Assembly (NCBI GenBank): GCA_041651055.1
Contig: JBAZJW010000001.1
Span: 691,702 to 755,701, forward strand
Reading direction: 5' to 3'
Source of the DNA: Minisyncoccota bacterium
Lineage (GTDB): Bacteria; Patescibacteriota; Minisyncoccia; Phycocordibacterales; UBA5272
DNA length: 64,000 nt
Below the pieces are notes generated by a model that had not been told where the DNA came from, did not search any database, and saw only the letters and a program-made list of their open reading frames with translations. This document shows, piece after piece, positions 1 through 9,109 of this stretch (positions within the stretch are counted from its first letter, which is position 1; every line of letters begins with the position of its first letter). Both the position numbers and the translations under genes were made by a program.

Positions 1-96
1 GAAGCTGAAGCTGCTCCAGTTGAAGTGGATCTTTCAGCTATTGAGGTGGAAGCTAAGGGTAAGAAAGAATCAGAGGAAGTTCCTGCTGCTGAGTAA
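1..96 (+). CDS. 3' end of a CDS running in from upstream (acidic C-terminus ...EAEAAPVEVDLSAIEVEAKGKKESEEVPAAE); product unknown
   Basis: Open frame from window edge to TAA at 94..96; no recognisable domain in 31 aa. Confidence 0.35.
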   Translation, partial: EAEAAPVEVDLSAIEVEAKGKKESEEVPAAE

Positions 97-337
97 CCGC
101 TTCCAAACTTTTTCTTAATACCATCTGCGCATTTCGAGTCAGCTTGGCTGCGAAGATGTCCTAAGCTAGCAAGCTGAGGACTAAAACAATTTTGAAACCG
201 GCTGACGATGTGTATATTTGGAAAAATACTAAATACAAAAGCGAGTCCGTAAGGATTCGCTTTTGTATTTTGATTTATGTAATTTGTTTTTGGTCATAAA
301 GTCACAACTTTCAGCATTCTCTTGTTATACTGTATAC

Positions 338-1690
338 ATGAAGCATCGGCTAGCTATTTTTATTATTGCCTGTATATGTATCCTTGTTCCCTTGCAAGGA
401 GATATGGTTGTTTTCGCGCAATCACGTGCAGAGCTTGAACAAGACTTGGCAAATCTTGAAGCACAAATAAAAGCACTCACGGATAGTATTTCTCAAACCA
501 AACAACAAGGCGTCTCCATTAAAGGAGACATCGCTGTTCTCTCTAAAAAAATCGCACAAAGTAAATTAAAGATACAAGCACATAATGCAGCTATAACCCG
601 TTTGAATCAAAACATCTCCGAGAAGAACCGTACCATTAATGTGCTTGACGCAAAGATGGAACGAGAAAAAGATTCTCTCGCACAAATCATGAGAAAGACG
701 AGATATCTTGAGCAGTATTCATTGCTTGATTTTGGTTTACAAGCACAAAGCCTCTCGACATTCTTCTCTGACGCGGATTCATTTTCTACACTTAACCGTG
801 CTCTTGATCAAAGCTTTCAAGATATCCGTGCCACAAAGTCAGACATCGAAGAAGTGAAATCAGAGTTGGAGGTTGCGAAAGATGAAGAGACTCAAAAGAA
901 GCTTGCTCAAGAATCAGAAAAGAAAAAAGTAGAAACAAATCAAAAAGAAAAGAATACCCTTCTTACAATTACCAAGAATCAGGAAACTGAATACAAAAAA
1001 GTTCTGGTAACTCGTGAAAAAGAAGCCGCACAAATACGTGCACGACTCTTCGACCTTCGTGATACGGGAAGTATTTCTTTTGGAAAGGCGTACGAGTATT
1101 CGCTTGCGGCATCCAAGACTACAGGGGTGAGACCTGCTCTTATCTTGGCTATCCTTATGCAAGAGTCATCTCTTGGTATTAATGTTGGAGCATGTTACTT
1201 GCGCGACTACGCGACAGGGTCTGGTGTAAGTATTAAATCAGGAGATACGAAGCCTCGCACCATGCACCCGACGCGTGATGTGCCCGTTTTTACATCGTTC
1301 ATGGCAAAGATTGGAAGAGATCCACAAAAAACTCCTGTTTCATGTTGGATAGCGGCGTACAGCGGGGGAAGCCCTTCGGGATGGGGAGGTGCTATGGGTC
1401 CTTCGCAGTTCATTCCGTCTACATGGAAATTATTTGAAAATAGAATAGAAAGTATTACAGGGGCAAGCACCGCAGACCCATGGAATCCGTACCACGCCAT
1501 TACGGCTACAGCGCTCTACTTGTCTGATCTGGGGGCTGTTGCAGGTAACGAGGCTTCAGAGAGAAATGCAGCATGTAAGTACTATTCTGGCCGCTCATGT
1601 GCTTCGTCGTCAGCAGGTGCTGGATACGGTAACTCCGTAATGAAAAAGCTTTACAATATGCAGGCGGATATTGATAAGATACAGGGGTAA
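338..1690 (+). CDS. Membrane-anchored coiled-coil protein with C-terminal SLT-type lytic transglycosylase domain
   Basis: N-terminal hydrophobic segment (MKHRLAIFIIACICILVPLQG). A long heptad-like K/E/Q-rich coiled-coil region follows. The motif ALILAILMQESSLG matches the family-1 lytic transglycosylase Glu-Ser signature. Start chosen at the second ATG of the ORF-track frame 263..1690. Confidence 0.6.
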   Translation: MKHRLAIFIIACICILVPLQGDMVVFAQSRAELEQDLANLEAQIKALTDSISQTKQQGVSIKGDIAVLSKKIAQSKLKIQAHNAAITRLNQNISEKNRTINVLDAKMEREKDSLAQIMRKTRYLEQYSLLDFGLQAQSLSTFFSDADSFSTLNRALDQSFQDIRATKSDIEEVKSELEVAKDEETQKKLAQESEKKKVETNQKEKNTLLTITKNQETEYKKVLVTREKEAAQIRARLFDLRDTGSISFGKAYEYSLAASKTTGVRPALILAILMQESSLGINVGACYLRDYATGSGVSIKSGDTKPRTMHPTRDVPVFTSFMAKIGRDPQKTPVSCWIAAYSGGSPSGWGGAMGPSQFIPSTWKLFENRIESITGASTADPWNPYHAITATALYLSDLGAVAGNEASERNAACKYYSGRSCASSSAGAGYGNSVMKKLYNMQADIDKIQG

Positions 1691-1856
1691 AAAAAAGTAA
1701 TATTCATTGAAATAATATTCAATATTCAAACAAAATGCTCTGTATTTTCATTAAAAATTAAAAATTAAAAACTAAAAATTTTGGTTAAATGCTTACAAAA
1801 TAATCTTTAAATAACCCATTGCACAACACAAGTAAATATGTTATTATAGGGCGACT

Positions 1857-2069
1857 ATGAAAGCAGATATTCACCCAACATATTACTCGAATGCAACAGC
1901 CACATGTGCGTGTGGGGCTGTATATTCTGTCGGATCAACACAAGAAAAGATTGATGTTGAAATCTGTGCTACCTGTCACCCATTTTATACAGGACTTGAA
2001 AAGGTTCTCGATACTACAGGACGTGTGGACAAGTTCAAGAAACGAATGGCAGCGGTTAAGAAGTCATAA
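1857..2069 (+). CDS. rpmE: 50S ribosomal protein L31
   Basis: MKADIHPTYY...CxC...C..CHPFYTG, typical L31 with zinc-binding cysteines; 70 aa. Confidence 0.9.
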   Translation: MKADIHPTYYSNATATCACGAVYSVGSTQEKIDVEICATCHPFYTGLEKVLDTTGRVDKFKKRMAAVKKS

Positions 2070-2251
2070 ACAAGCGAACTACTTTGTCGAGCGCATGTTT
2101 TTGTCGGTCAATGTACAGATAAGTACATTTTCCTCCAAAAACATGCGCTCTTCGCGTATTTCATCTTGTTTTTGACTTCTTAATTTGGCGACATTGTTTA
2201 TTTTTTGTATTAAACTAAGAACGAAGAACGTCCTAACGAATAACTGCCCAT

Positions 2252-3226
2252 ATGGAACTCGAAGATTTCAAATCCAACCCACGCACCAAGTACACCGCAG
2301 AGGAGTATGAGCGCCTTTTGCATGCGAAGACAGAAGCTGAACTCCTTCTTTCTGACGAATCAATGAAAGAACTTGCCGAGAGTGAGATAGAGTCTCTCAC
2401 CCCACAACTAGAAGCTCTTTGGAAGCAAATGGAGGAATCTGCGGAAGCTGCGAAAGCTGAAGAAGAAGCACCGAAGGCTATGATACTTGAAATACAAGGT
2501 GGAGCAGGAGGAGATGAATCATCGCTCTTCGCGGCAGAGCTCGCACTCATGTATCAGAACTATGCTGAACAAAGGGGTTGGGGTTGGAACAAACTCGACG
2601 AGTCCCTTTCGGATGTTGGTGGGTACAAAGATGTTTCTTTTGAAGTGAAAGGAAAGGGGTGTTACGAAGCGCTTCGTTTTGAAACAGGTGTGCATCGTGT
2701 TCAGCGTATTCCTGAAACCGAAAAGAATGGTCGTGTACACACGTCGACCGTGACGGTATCTGTTATGCCTATTCGTGCGAAGACAAACGTCGTCATTCCT
2801 CCGAGTGATCTTGAGTTCGAAACATCTCGTTCAGGTGGTGCAGGAGGTCAGAATGTGAACAAGGTGGAAACCGCTGTACGTGTCATTCACAAACCGACAG
2901 GTATCGCTATTCGTTGTACGATTGAACGTTCTCAGTTGAAGAACAAAGAGCGTGCCCTTCAAATGTTGCAAGCGAAGTTAGATCAACTCTCTCAAGAAGA
3001 AGACGACAAGAAACATGCCTCTGAAAAGAGGTCACAGGTAGGAACAGGTGACAGAAGTGAAAAGATTCGTACGTATAACTTCCCGCAAGATCGCGTGACG
3101 GATCACCGCATTCGCGAGTCATGGCACGGTCTTCCAAAAATTATGATAGGTAATATGGGTCCAATTGTCGAAGCCCTACAAAATTTCACCGGCGAATTTG
3201 GCGAAGCCGAAGACTCTGATGATTAG
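2252..3226 (+). CDS. prfA: Peptide chain release factor 1 (compact, 324 aa)
   Basis: GGQ motif ([17 protein letters not shown]). RF1-type PxT tripeptide present as PET ([15 protein letters not shown]). Confidence 0.85.
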   Translation: MELEDFKSNPRTKYTAEEYERLLHAKTEAELLLSDESMKELAESEIESLTPQLEALWKQMEESAEAAKAEEEAPKAMILEIQGGAGGDESSLFAAELALMYQNYAEQRGWGWNKLDESLSDVGGYKDVSFEVKGKGCYEALRFETGVHRVQRIPETEKNGRVHTSTVTVSVMPIRAKTNVVIPPSDLEFETSRSGGAGGQNVNKVETAVRVIHKPTGIAIRCTIERSQLKNKERALQMLQAKLDQLSQEEDDKKHASEKRSQVGTGDRSEKIRTYNFPQDRVTDHRIRESWHGLPKIMIGNMGPIVEALQNFTGEFGEAEDSDD

Positions 3227-3260
3227 GAATTGTTAAGGGTGAGGAGTAAACTAATTTTAC

Positions 3261-3881
3261 ATGAACGAATTAGCTGCAACCAGGCCATATACTTTTAAAA
3301 TTGTATTACTTGTTATTCCAAGTCTCATATCTATTTTCGGGGTTTTGTTTTTACGTTGGAGTATTTTTGATATTTTTTTTGGGTTTTGGTTGGAGACATT
3401 AGTCATGGGTATATTTGGGTTATTTATGATATTAGCTCGTTCTACCTTTGGAGATAGAATTGTTGCCACTTTCCTCATTGTTCATTTTGGGGGATTTCTC
3501 CTTGGTTTTTTTGGTCTTATTTATGGTTTTTTTGCTGATACTGCTTATATTGTAAACTCAACTACCGTGCGTATTCCAAATCTTTTTGGAGTAATAGGTG
3601 AAACCTTTTTTCTTTTTAAGTGGACATTCCTTTCTCTAATTAGTAGTTATGCAATTTCTTATTATCATCTCTTCTCTCAAAGAGAGGAATCTGTAAACTT
3701 TTCAAGAGACCTTGTAAAAGATTCGTATAAAAGGATCTTTATTCTTTACTTTCCAATAATCATAGCTGGTAAAGTTATTGTAGGATTAGGGGTGGCCACC
3801 ATTCCACTTATTTTATTGATTTTTGGTAAGACAATTCTTCAAATTTTTGATTACATTAGTATGAAAAAGCAAGAAATATAG
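3261..3881 (+). CDS. Polytopic membrane protein, unknown function
   Basis: 206 aa, at least 5 hydrophobic helices, no recognisable motif. Confidence 0.45.
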   Translation: MNELAATRPYTFKIVLLVIPSLISIFGVLFLRWSIFDIFFGFWLETLVMGIFGLFMILARSTFGDRIVATFLIVHFGGFLLGFFGLIYGFFADTAYIVNSTTVRIPNLFGVIGETFFLFKWTFLSLISSYAISYYHLFSQREESVNFSRDLVKDSYKRIFILYFPIIIAGKVIVGLGVATIPLILLIFGKTILQIFDYISMKKQEI

Positions 3882-4077
3882 CGCTATGTGCCTCATAAAT
3901 AATAAGCTTAAAGTCTTCCCAAAAAGCACAATTCGTGCTAGAATAACCACATTCATCCAATCGGGCAAATCAGGATTTGGACACCTGAGCATATCACTTC
4001 GAGCATAATTGACGCTTACCAAACAGGTATTTCGGAGAAGAGATAATGTGGCACGAGGCAAATGTATTATTAAACGC

Positions 4078-4170
4078 AGATTTTAGATTTTAGATTTTGG
4101 ACTTTAGATATATTGCATAAAGTAATGTATCGAGTCTCATCTAAAATCTAAAGTCTAATCTCTAACATCT
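4078..4170. repeat. Palindromic intergenic element built from 7-bp TAGATTT / AAATCTA units (family copy 1), abutting rpsB start codon
   Basis: Left arm agattttagattttagattttggactttagat. Right arm atctaaaatctaaagtctaatctctaacatct ends directly at the ATG 4171. Confidence 0.7.
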
Positions 4171-4848
4171 ATGTCAAACATCAATAAAGAAGCTCTTGCA
4201 AAAGCAGGCCTCCAATACGGCTACTCACGTACTCGTCGTCATCCATCAGTAAAGCCTTTTATCGAAGGTAATTACAACAATGTTGACTTTATCAACCTCG
4301 ACACAACAAAGACTCAGCTTGAAAACGCTACCGCGTTCCTCGCCTCAATGCACGCTGCAGGAAAGGTTATTTTGTTCGTTGGTGTTAAACCAGAAATCCG
4401 CCAAATCGTAAAAGAAGTAGCACTTTCACTCAACGCTCCATACATCGCTGAACGTTTCATCGGTGGAACACTTACAAACTTCCCACAAATCAAGAAGCGT
4501 ATCGAAAAGCTTCATGATCTTTTGAAGAAGAAAGAAACAGGTGAACTCGCTGTGTACACAAAGAAAGAACAGCTTCTCATCCAGCGTGATATCGATAGAT
4601 TGGACCGTGACTTCGGAGGCATCTCTTCACTTACAAATATTCCTTCAGCTATTGTCATGATCGACTCTCGTCATGAAGATATGTGTCTCAAAGAAGCAAA
4701 GCGTCTCCACATCCCTGTGGTTGCACTTTGTAATACTGACTGTACACTGGAAGGTATCGAGTATCCTGTTGTCGGTAATGACGGATCTGTAGCGTCTGTA
4801 CGTTTCGTACTCGAAACAATCAAAGAAGCTCTCGCTACGACAGCGTAA
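4171..4848 (+). CDS. rpsB: 30S ribosomal protein S2
   Basis: Characteristic S2 N-terminus (AGLQYGYSRTRRHP...) and length. Confidence 0.9.
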   Translation: MSNINKEALAKAGLQYGYSRTRRHPSVKPFIEGNYNNVDFINLDTTKTQLENATAFLASMHAAGKVILFVGVKPEIRQIVKEVALSLNAPYIAERFIGGTLTNFPQIKKRIEKLHDLLKKKETGELAVYTKKEQLLIQRDIDRLDRDFGGISSLTNIPSAIVMIDSRHEDMCLKEAKRLHIPVVALCNTDCTLEGIEYPVVGNDGSVASVRFVLETIKEALATTA

Positions 4849-4922
4849 AAGTAAAACAGTGAGGAATTGTATTAGATTCGTATTTACTAAAAACTAAAAA
4901 CTGGAAACTAAAAACTATTTTT

Positions 4923-5393
4923 ATGGACACAATCAAAGAACTTCGTGAAGAAACAGGTCTCTCATTTGCACAAATAAAAAAAGCACTTGATGAAGCAAAT
5001 GGAGACAAGGAACAGGCTCGTGCCGTGCTTTCACAGTACTCATCTGCTCAAGCTGAGAAGAAAGCTGACCGTGAATTATCTGCCGGAGTTATTTCTGCAT
5101 ATGTTCACTCAACAGGTACTGTTGGTGTGCTTCTCGAGCTCGGATGTGAGACAGACTTCGTTGCAAAGAATGAAGAGTTCGTAGCACTTGCTCGTGACCT
5201 CGCCATGCATGTCTGTGCTATGGCGCCGACATCAGTTAATAATGAAGACGGTCTTGGTGAAGAAACATCACTCATGAATCAATCATTCATTAAAAATCCT
5301 GGAATCACAGTAGAGCAGAGAATTCAGGCAGCTGTTCAGAAGTTTGGCGAAAACACTAAAGTGATACGCTTCACCCGTTACGCATTAGCGTAA
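4923..5393 (+). CDS. tsf: Elongation factor Ts (short form, 156 aa)
   Basis: N-terminal UBA-like TS-N motif (IKELREETGLSFAQIKKALDEANGD), immediately downstream of rpsB as in the conserved rpsB-tsf operon. Confidence 0.85.
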   Translation: MDTIKELREETGLSFAQIKKALDEANGDKEQARAVLSQYSSAQAEKKADRELSAGVISAYVHSTGTVGVLLELGCETDFVAKNEEFVALARDLAMHVCAMAPTSVNNEDGLGEETSLMNQSFIKNPGITVEQRIQAAVQKFGENTKVIRFTRYALA

Positions 5394-5407
5394 ACAAAAA
5401 CATACTC

Positions 5408-5797
5408 ATGCTGGTACTCCTTTTAGTAATAAGTGGAATACTAGCCGCACTCTCTGCGGTGTCTATCCTTGTACTTCAAAGCTATAGTGTAGCTAAGGGG
5501 AGAGTGATTATTGATCCAGAGTACAACGGTCCTGCACAAGTCTCGACGACACTGCGTACGATTCTTCGCCTGCTTCTCAAGCGAAGTGTGTATATACGAA
5601 AATTTATTTTCCAGTATCTCGCACACTTGGCGGTGCGAGTTATGTTCTATGTGGATAAATTTTCTACATTCTTGTATGCCAAATCACGAAACTGGTTTGT
5701 GCAAAATGCCGTACGTAATCGTGGGACGGTGCCTCACTTTTGGGAGCACCTAAAGGTGTATAAGCAGGAAATGGACCGCGAAAAGGAAGAGGAATAA
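5408..5797 (+). CDS. Hypothetical membrane-anchored protein
   Basis: N-terminal TM helix, 129 aa, no known motif. Confidence 0.4.
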   Translation: MLVLLLVISGILAALSAVSILVLQSYSVAKGRVIIDPEYNGPAQVSTTLRTILRLLLKRSVYIRKFIFQYLAHLAVRVMFYVDKFSTFLYAKSRNWFVQNAVRNRGTVPHFWEHLKVYKQEMDREKEEE

Positions 5798-5798
5798 A

Positions 5799-5922
5799 GC
5801 CTGTTTCAAAATTGACGATCTGCTTGTTATTTTTAAGAAAAAGTGTTTCAACGTACACATTAGTACGTCTCCAAACTTTTTCTTAAAAACAACTGCGCAT
5901 CTCATTCAATTTTGAAACAGGC
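5799..5922. repeat. Intergenic element bounded by perfect 16-bp inverted repeat GCCTGTTTCAAAATTG / CAATTTTGAAACAGGC; internal motif shared with 98..215
   Basis: Arms at 5799..5814 and 5907..5922. The interior carries CCAAACTTTTTCTTAA..CTGCGCAT, which recurs at 103..137, plus hairpin CAACGTAC..GTACGTCTCC. Confidence 0.65.
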
Positions 5923-6042
5923 TTGCGTCGCACTTTTTTAATTAATAAGTACGCTCAACTAATCCTTTTGTTACAAGGATTTATTCTTTGTTATCATGGT
6001 GACAAAATTATAGAAATATGCTAAGATTAGGAGCGTGAATAA

Positions 6043-6115
6043 GCCGCTTTAGCTCAGTTGGTAGAGCAATTGTTTTGTAAACAATAGGTCCTCAGTTCGA
6101 GTCTGAGAAGCGGCT
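6043..6115 (+). tRNA. tRNA-Thr (anticodon TGT)
   Basis: Hand-folded cloverleaf: acceptor GCCGCTT/AAGCGGC, D-stem GCTC/GAGC, anticodon stem ATTGT/ACAAT with loop TTTGTAA, T-arm CTCAG-TTCGAGT-CTGAG, 73 nt. Confidence 0.8.
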
Positions 6116-6201
6116 CCCTAAAATGTTTGTACACAAATGTTTAGGCGAGCACAGTTTTTGTAAATGGGCCCGCAAAAAGGTGCTTTAGCCAATACCATCT
6201 T

Positions 6202-6900
6202 ATGATCGACATAAAAAAATACATTTTTACATTCGTCATTACTGCTGCAATATTTACAACAGCTTTTTTCGCCTCGACTTTCTTTTCTAATAAGCGTGTT
6301 GAAGATGTTAAGTCGATTCAAGACAATATCGCCATCGACATTCTTTCAAGTGAGACACAGTTTGATCTTCTCAAAGAAGTTCCGTGCGCTAATGTTAGTG
6401 ATTCAATGCTCTCACCTGAGCTCTCGGCATTGGGTGACAAACTTTCACGCACAGAAAATGAACGAGGTGCAACCGATGCAGATATTGTTTATCTTAAGAA
6501 GTACTATTCATTACTTGAAATTAAAGATTATATTCTTTCGAAGAAACTTGCAGCACAGTGTGGCCAAGCCAAGAAACCTGTTTTTATTATTTATTTTTAC
6601 TCAAACAAAGGAGATTGTGCTGATTGTGAGAAAGAAGGGTATGTACTTACTCGTTTGAAGGAGATGTATCCCGATCTTCGTGTATATTCATTCGACTACA
6701 ATCTCGACCTTGCTGCGCTTGATTCTATGAAGATGATTTATCGTATTAAGTCATCACTCCCAGCACTTGTAATAGAAGACAAGACATATATTGGTTTTAG
6801 ATCAATAGATGACTTAGATAAACTTTTACCGGACACACTTAAAATTGCAACCAGCACCGCTTCAGTGTCGAACGCTACCAGTACGAAGCGTGTAAAATAA
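6202..6900 (+). CDS. Hypothetical membrane-anchored protein with CxxC pair (possible thioredoxin-like fold)
   Basis: N-terminal TM helix; CADCEKEG motif; precedes the GT2 gene with 7-bp spacing. Confidence 0.4.
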   Translation: MIDIKKYIFTFVITAAIFTTAFFASTFFSNKRVEDVKSIQDNIAIDILSSETQFDLLKEVPCANVSDSMLSPELSALGDKLSRTENERGATDADIVYLKKYYSLLEIKDYILSKKLAAQCGQAKKPVFIIYFYSNKGDCADCEKEGYVLTRLKEMYPDLRVYSFDYNLDLAALDSMKMIYRIKSSLPALVIEDKTYIGFRSIDDLDKLLPDTLKIATSTASVSNATSTKRVK

Positions 6901-6907
6901 TTTTTGT

Positions 6908-8170
6908 ATGATTGCTTCTATTTTACAAGGGCTCATGTATCCGTTCTTGTTTTTGTCTATGTATTTTCAAGTGCTTCTGTTAATATCTTTTTTTGAAAAT
7001 AAACGACGCATTAAACGTGAAGAAGACCATGAGGTGAAGGTATATCCGACGGCAACCGTTGCTGTGCCGTGTTGGAATGAAGAGCGGACACTCGCAGCGA
7101 CACTTGATTCATTACTTTCTCTTGAATATCCAAAAGACAAACTTTCTATTGTCGTCGTTGATGATGGGAGTACCGACAACACGCTTGCAATAGCGAGGGC
7201 ATACGAGCAATCACACAAGGATCAGATTACAGTGCTTACTAAAGAAAATGGTGGCAAGCATACGGCGGTGAACATGGCTCTCGAAAGATCAAATAGTGAA
7301 CTTTTTGGATGCCTCGATGCTGATTCATTTGTTACACCGACAACACTTAGTGTTATTGTTTCTTATTTTGATGCAGACCCTAAGGTTATGGCTGTGACTC
7401 CATGTATTCACATTCGTAAACCAAAAACACTTATTCAGCGCATGCAGGCGATTGAGTATTTGATGGGAGTATTTTTGCGAAAGGCATACGGTTCGCTTGA
7501 TGCTATTCAGGTGACACCTGGCCCATTTTCTTTTTTCCGTCGTGAGATTTTTGCGACAATTGGGAATTATCATAAGGCGCACAATACAGAAGATTTTGAA
7601 ATTACGTTACGTATGCATAGGGCTCACATGAAAATTGTGAACTCACACAAGGCGCTCGTGTACACCGTGGGTCCAGAAACTGCGAAAGGATTCTTTTATC
7701 AGCGTCTTAGATGGGCTCGGGGATTTCTTGAAAATTCACTTGACTACAAAGAATTATTTTTCAAAAAAGAATATGGAAACTTCGGCATGTTTACCCTACC
7801 GATGGCCTTCTTATTCTTTTTTTATGGACTCTATGCGGCTCTTTTCTCATACTACAGCATACTTTCTTCTGTGAGCACATCTGTGAAAAAGTGGTTGACT
7901 GTTGGCTTTCATCCACATATTCCAACCTTTGATATTTTTTATCTGAATACAACAGTCATGTCATTTATTATTATGGTGATGTTGACTATGTTTTTGCTTG
8001 TGCTTTATATCGGTAATACACTTTCAGATGATAGACAGGAATTTTACCGTAACTTCCCACTCTTCTTTATCCTTTACCCACTCTTTGTTCCGCTCTTTTT
8101 GGGGCGAGCTATAGCAGATACATTTATGAAGAGAAAGAATGAGTGGGTTCTGCAGGATACCAAAAAATAG
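6908..8170 (+). CDS. Family-2 glycosyltransferase, processive (cellulose/chitin-synthase-like) with C-terminal membrane domain
   Basis: VVVDDGSTDNT, GCLDADS (DxD) and QRLRWARG (QxxRW) motifs; multiple C-terminal TM helices. Confidence 0.75.
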   Translation: MIASILQGLMYPFLFLSMYFQVLLLISFFENKRRIKREEDHEVKVYPTATVAVPCWNEERTLAATLDSLLSLEYPKDKLSIVVVDDGSTDNTLAIARAYEQSHKDQITVLTKENGGKHTAVNMALERSNSELFGCLDADSFVTPTTLSVIVSYFDADPKVMAVTPCIHIRKPKTLIQRMQAIEYLMGVFLRKAYGSLDAIQVTPGPFSFFRREIFATIGNYHKAHNTEDFEITLRMHRAHMKIVNSHKALVYTVGPETAKGFFYQRLRWARGFLENSLDYKELFFKKEYGNFGMFTLPMAFLFFFYGLYAALFSYYSILSSVSTSVKKWLTVGFHPHIPTFDIFYLNTTVMSFIIMVMLTMFLLVLYIGNTLSDDRQEFYRNFPLFFILYPLFVPLFLGRAIADTFMKRKNEWVLQDTKK

Positions 8171-8271
8171 ATTTTAGACTTTAGAGATTAGATGTTAGAT
8201 TATTCAGCACGACAAGAAGAGAGTATGTATTTGTATGACTCTAAAATCCAAAATCTAATATCTAAAGTCTT
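8168..8271. repeat. TAGATTT-unit palindromic element (family copy 2); its first TAG is the GT2 stop codon
   Basis: Left arm tagattttagactttagagattagatgttagatta; right arm ctctaaaatccaaaatctaatatctaaagtctt. Confidence 0.7.
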
Positions 8272-8294
8272 TGGCATTATGATATAATGCCATC

Positions 8295-9107
8295 ATGACC
8301 GGCCATTTTCACCCTATAACAAAGGCAATAGACAAAATCTCTCGCATCTTTACTGAGATTGGTTTTGACGTAGTCGATGGCCCCGAACTTGAAAGTGAAT
8401 GGTACAACTTTGATGCCTTAAACGTGCCGCGAGACCATCCATCACGTGATATGCAGGATACGTTTTGGATTAAAGAAAGTAGCCTTGCTGAACGTTCTAT
8501 GACTGAGGCGGAGAAGAAAGTTCTTGCACAAGGTCTCTCGCTTGGACATGTGCTCCGTACACATACGTCCGGTGTACAGGTTCGTACTATTGAACGTTGG
8601 ATTAGAGAAGGAAAAGAATTTCCTTTGGCGGTGATTGTTCCTGGCAAGATATATAGAAATGAAGCGACAGATGCTCGTCATGAAGCACAATTCTTTCAAG
8701 TAGAAGGGTTAATGATTGGTAAAGATGTAACGCTTGCGAACTTGAAAGGTTTGCTAGAACATTTCTTTACAAAGTTTCTTGAGAAACATGTGGAGGTACG
8801 TTTTCGGTCATCTTTTTTTCCATTCACTGAGCCAAGTGTAGAGGTGGATATGCAATGCTTTAAGTGTGAAGGAACAGGGAAGATAGAGGGAAAGCAATGT
8901 CCTCTTTGTTCAGGATCAGGGTGGATTGAAATCATGGGTGCAGGAATGGTACATCCACAGGTGTTACAAAACGCAGGACTCAATGCACAAGAATACCAAG
9001 GGTTCGCATTCGGCGCAGGGCTTGACCGTCTCGTGATGCTCGAGACGGGCATTGATGATATTCGCATGCTGTATAATGGTGACTTGCGTTTGGTAAATCA
9101 ATTTTAA
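8295..9107 (+). CDS. pheS: Phenylalanine--tRNA ligase alpha subunit (compact, 270 aa, with inserted Cys4 zinc ribbon)
   Basis: Class II motifs (FPFTEPSVEVD, GWIEIMGAGMVHPQVL, GFAFGAGLDRL); insert CFKCEGTGKIEGKQCPLCSGSG. Confidence 0.9.
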   Translation: MTGHFHPITKAIDKISRIFTEIGFDVVDGPELESEWYNFDALNVPRDHPSRDMQDTFWIKESSLAERSMTEAEKKVLAQGLSLGHVLRTHTSGVQVRTIERWIREGKEFPLAVIVPGKIYRNEATDARHEAQFFQVEGLMIGKDVTLANLKGLLEHFFTKFLEKHVEVRFRSSFFPFTEPSVEVDMQCFKCEGTGKIEGKQCPLCSGSGWIEIMGAGMVHPQVLQNAGLNAQEYQGFAFGAGLDRLVMLETGIDDIRMLYNGDLRLVNQF

Positions 9108-9109
9108 CT

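Noticed and set aside
1891-2175. 94-aa ORF overlapping rpmE in another frame
   Set aside because: It is an alternative frame of the well-supported L31 gene.
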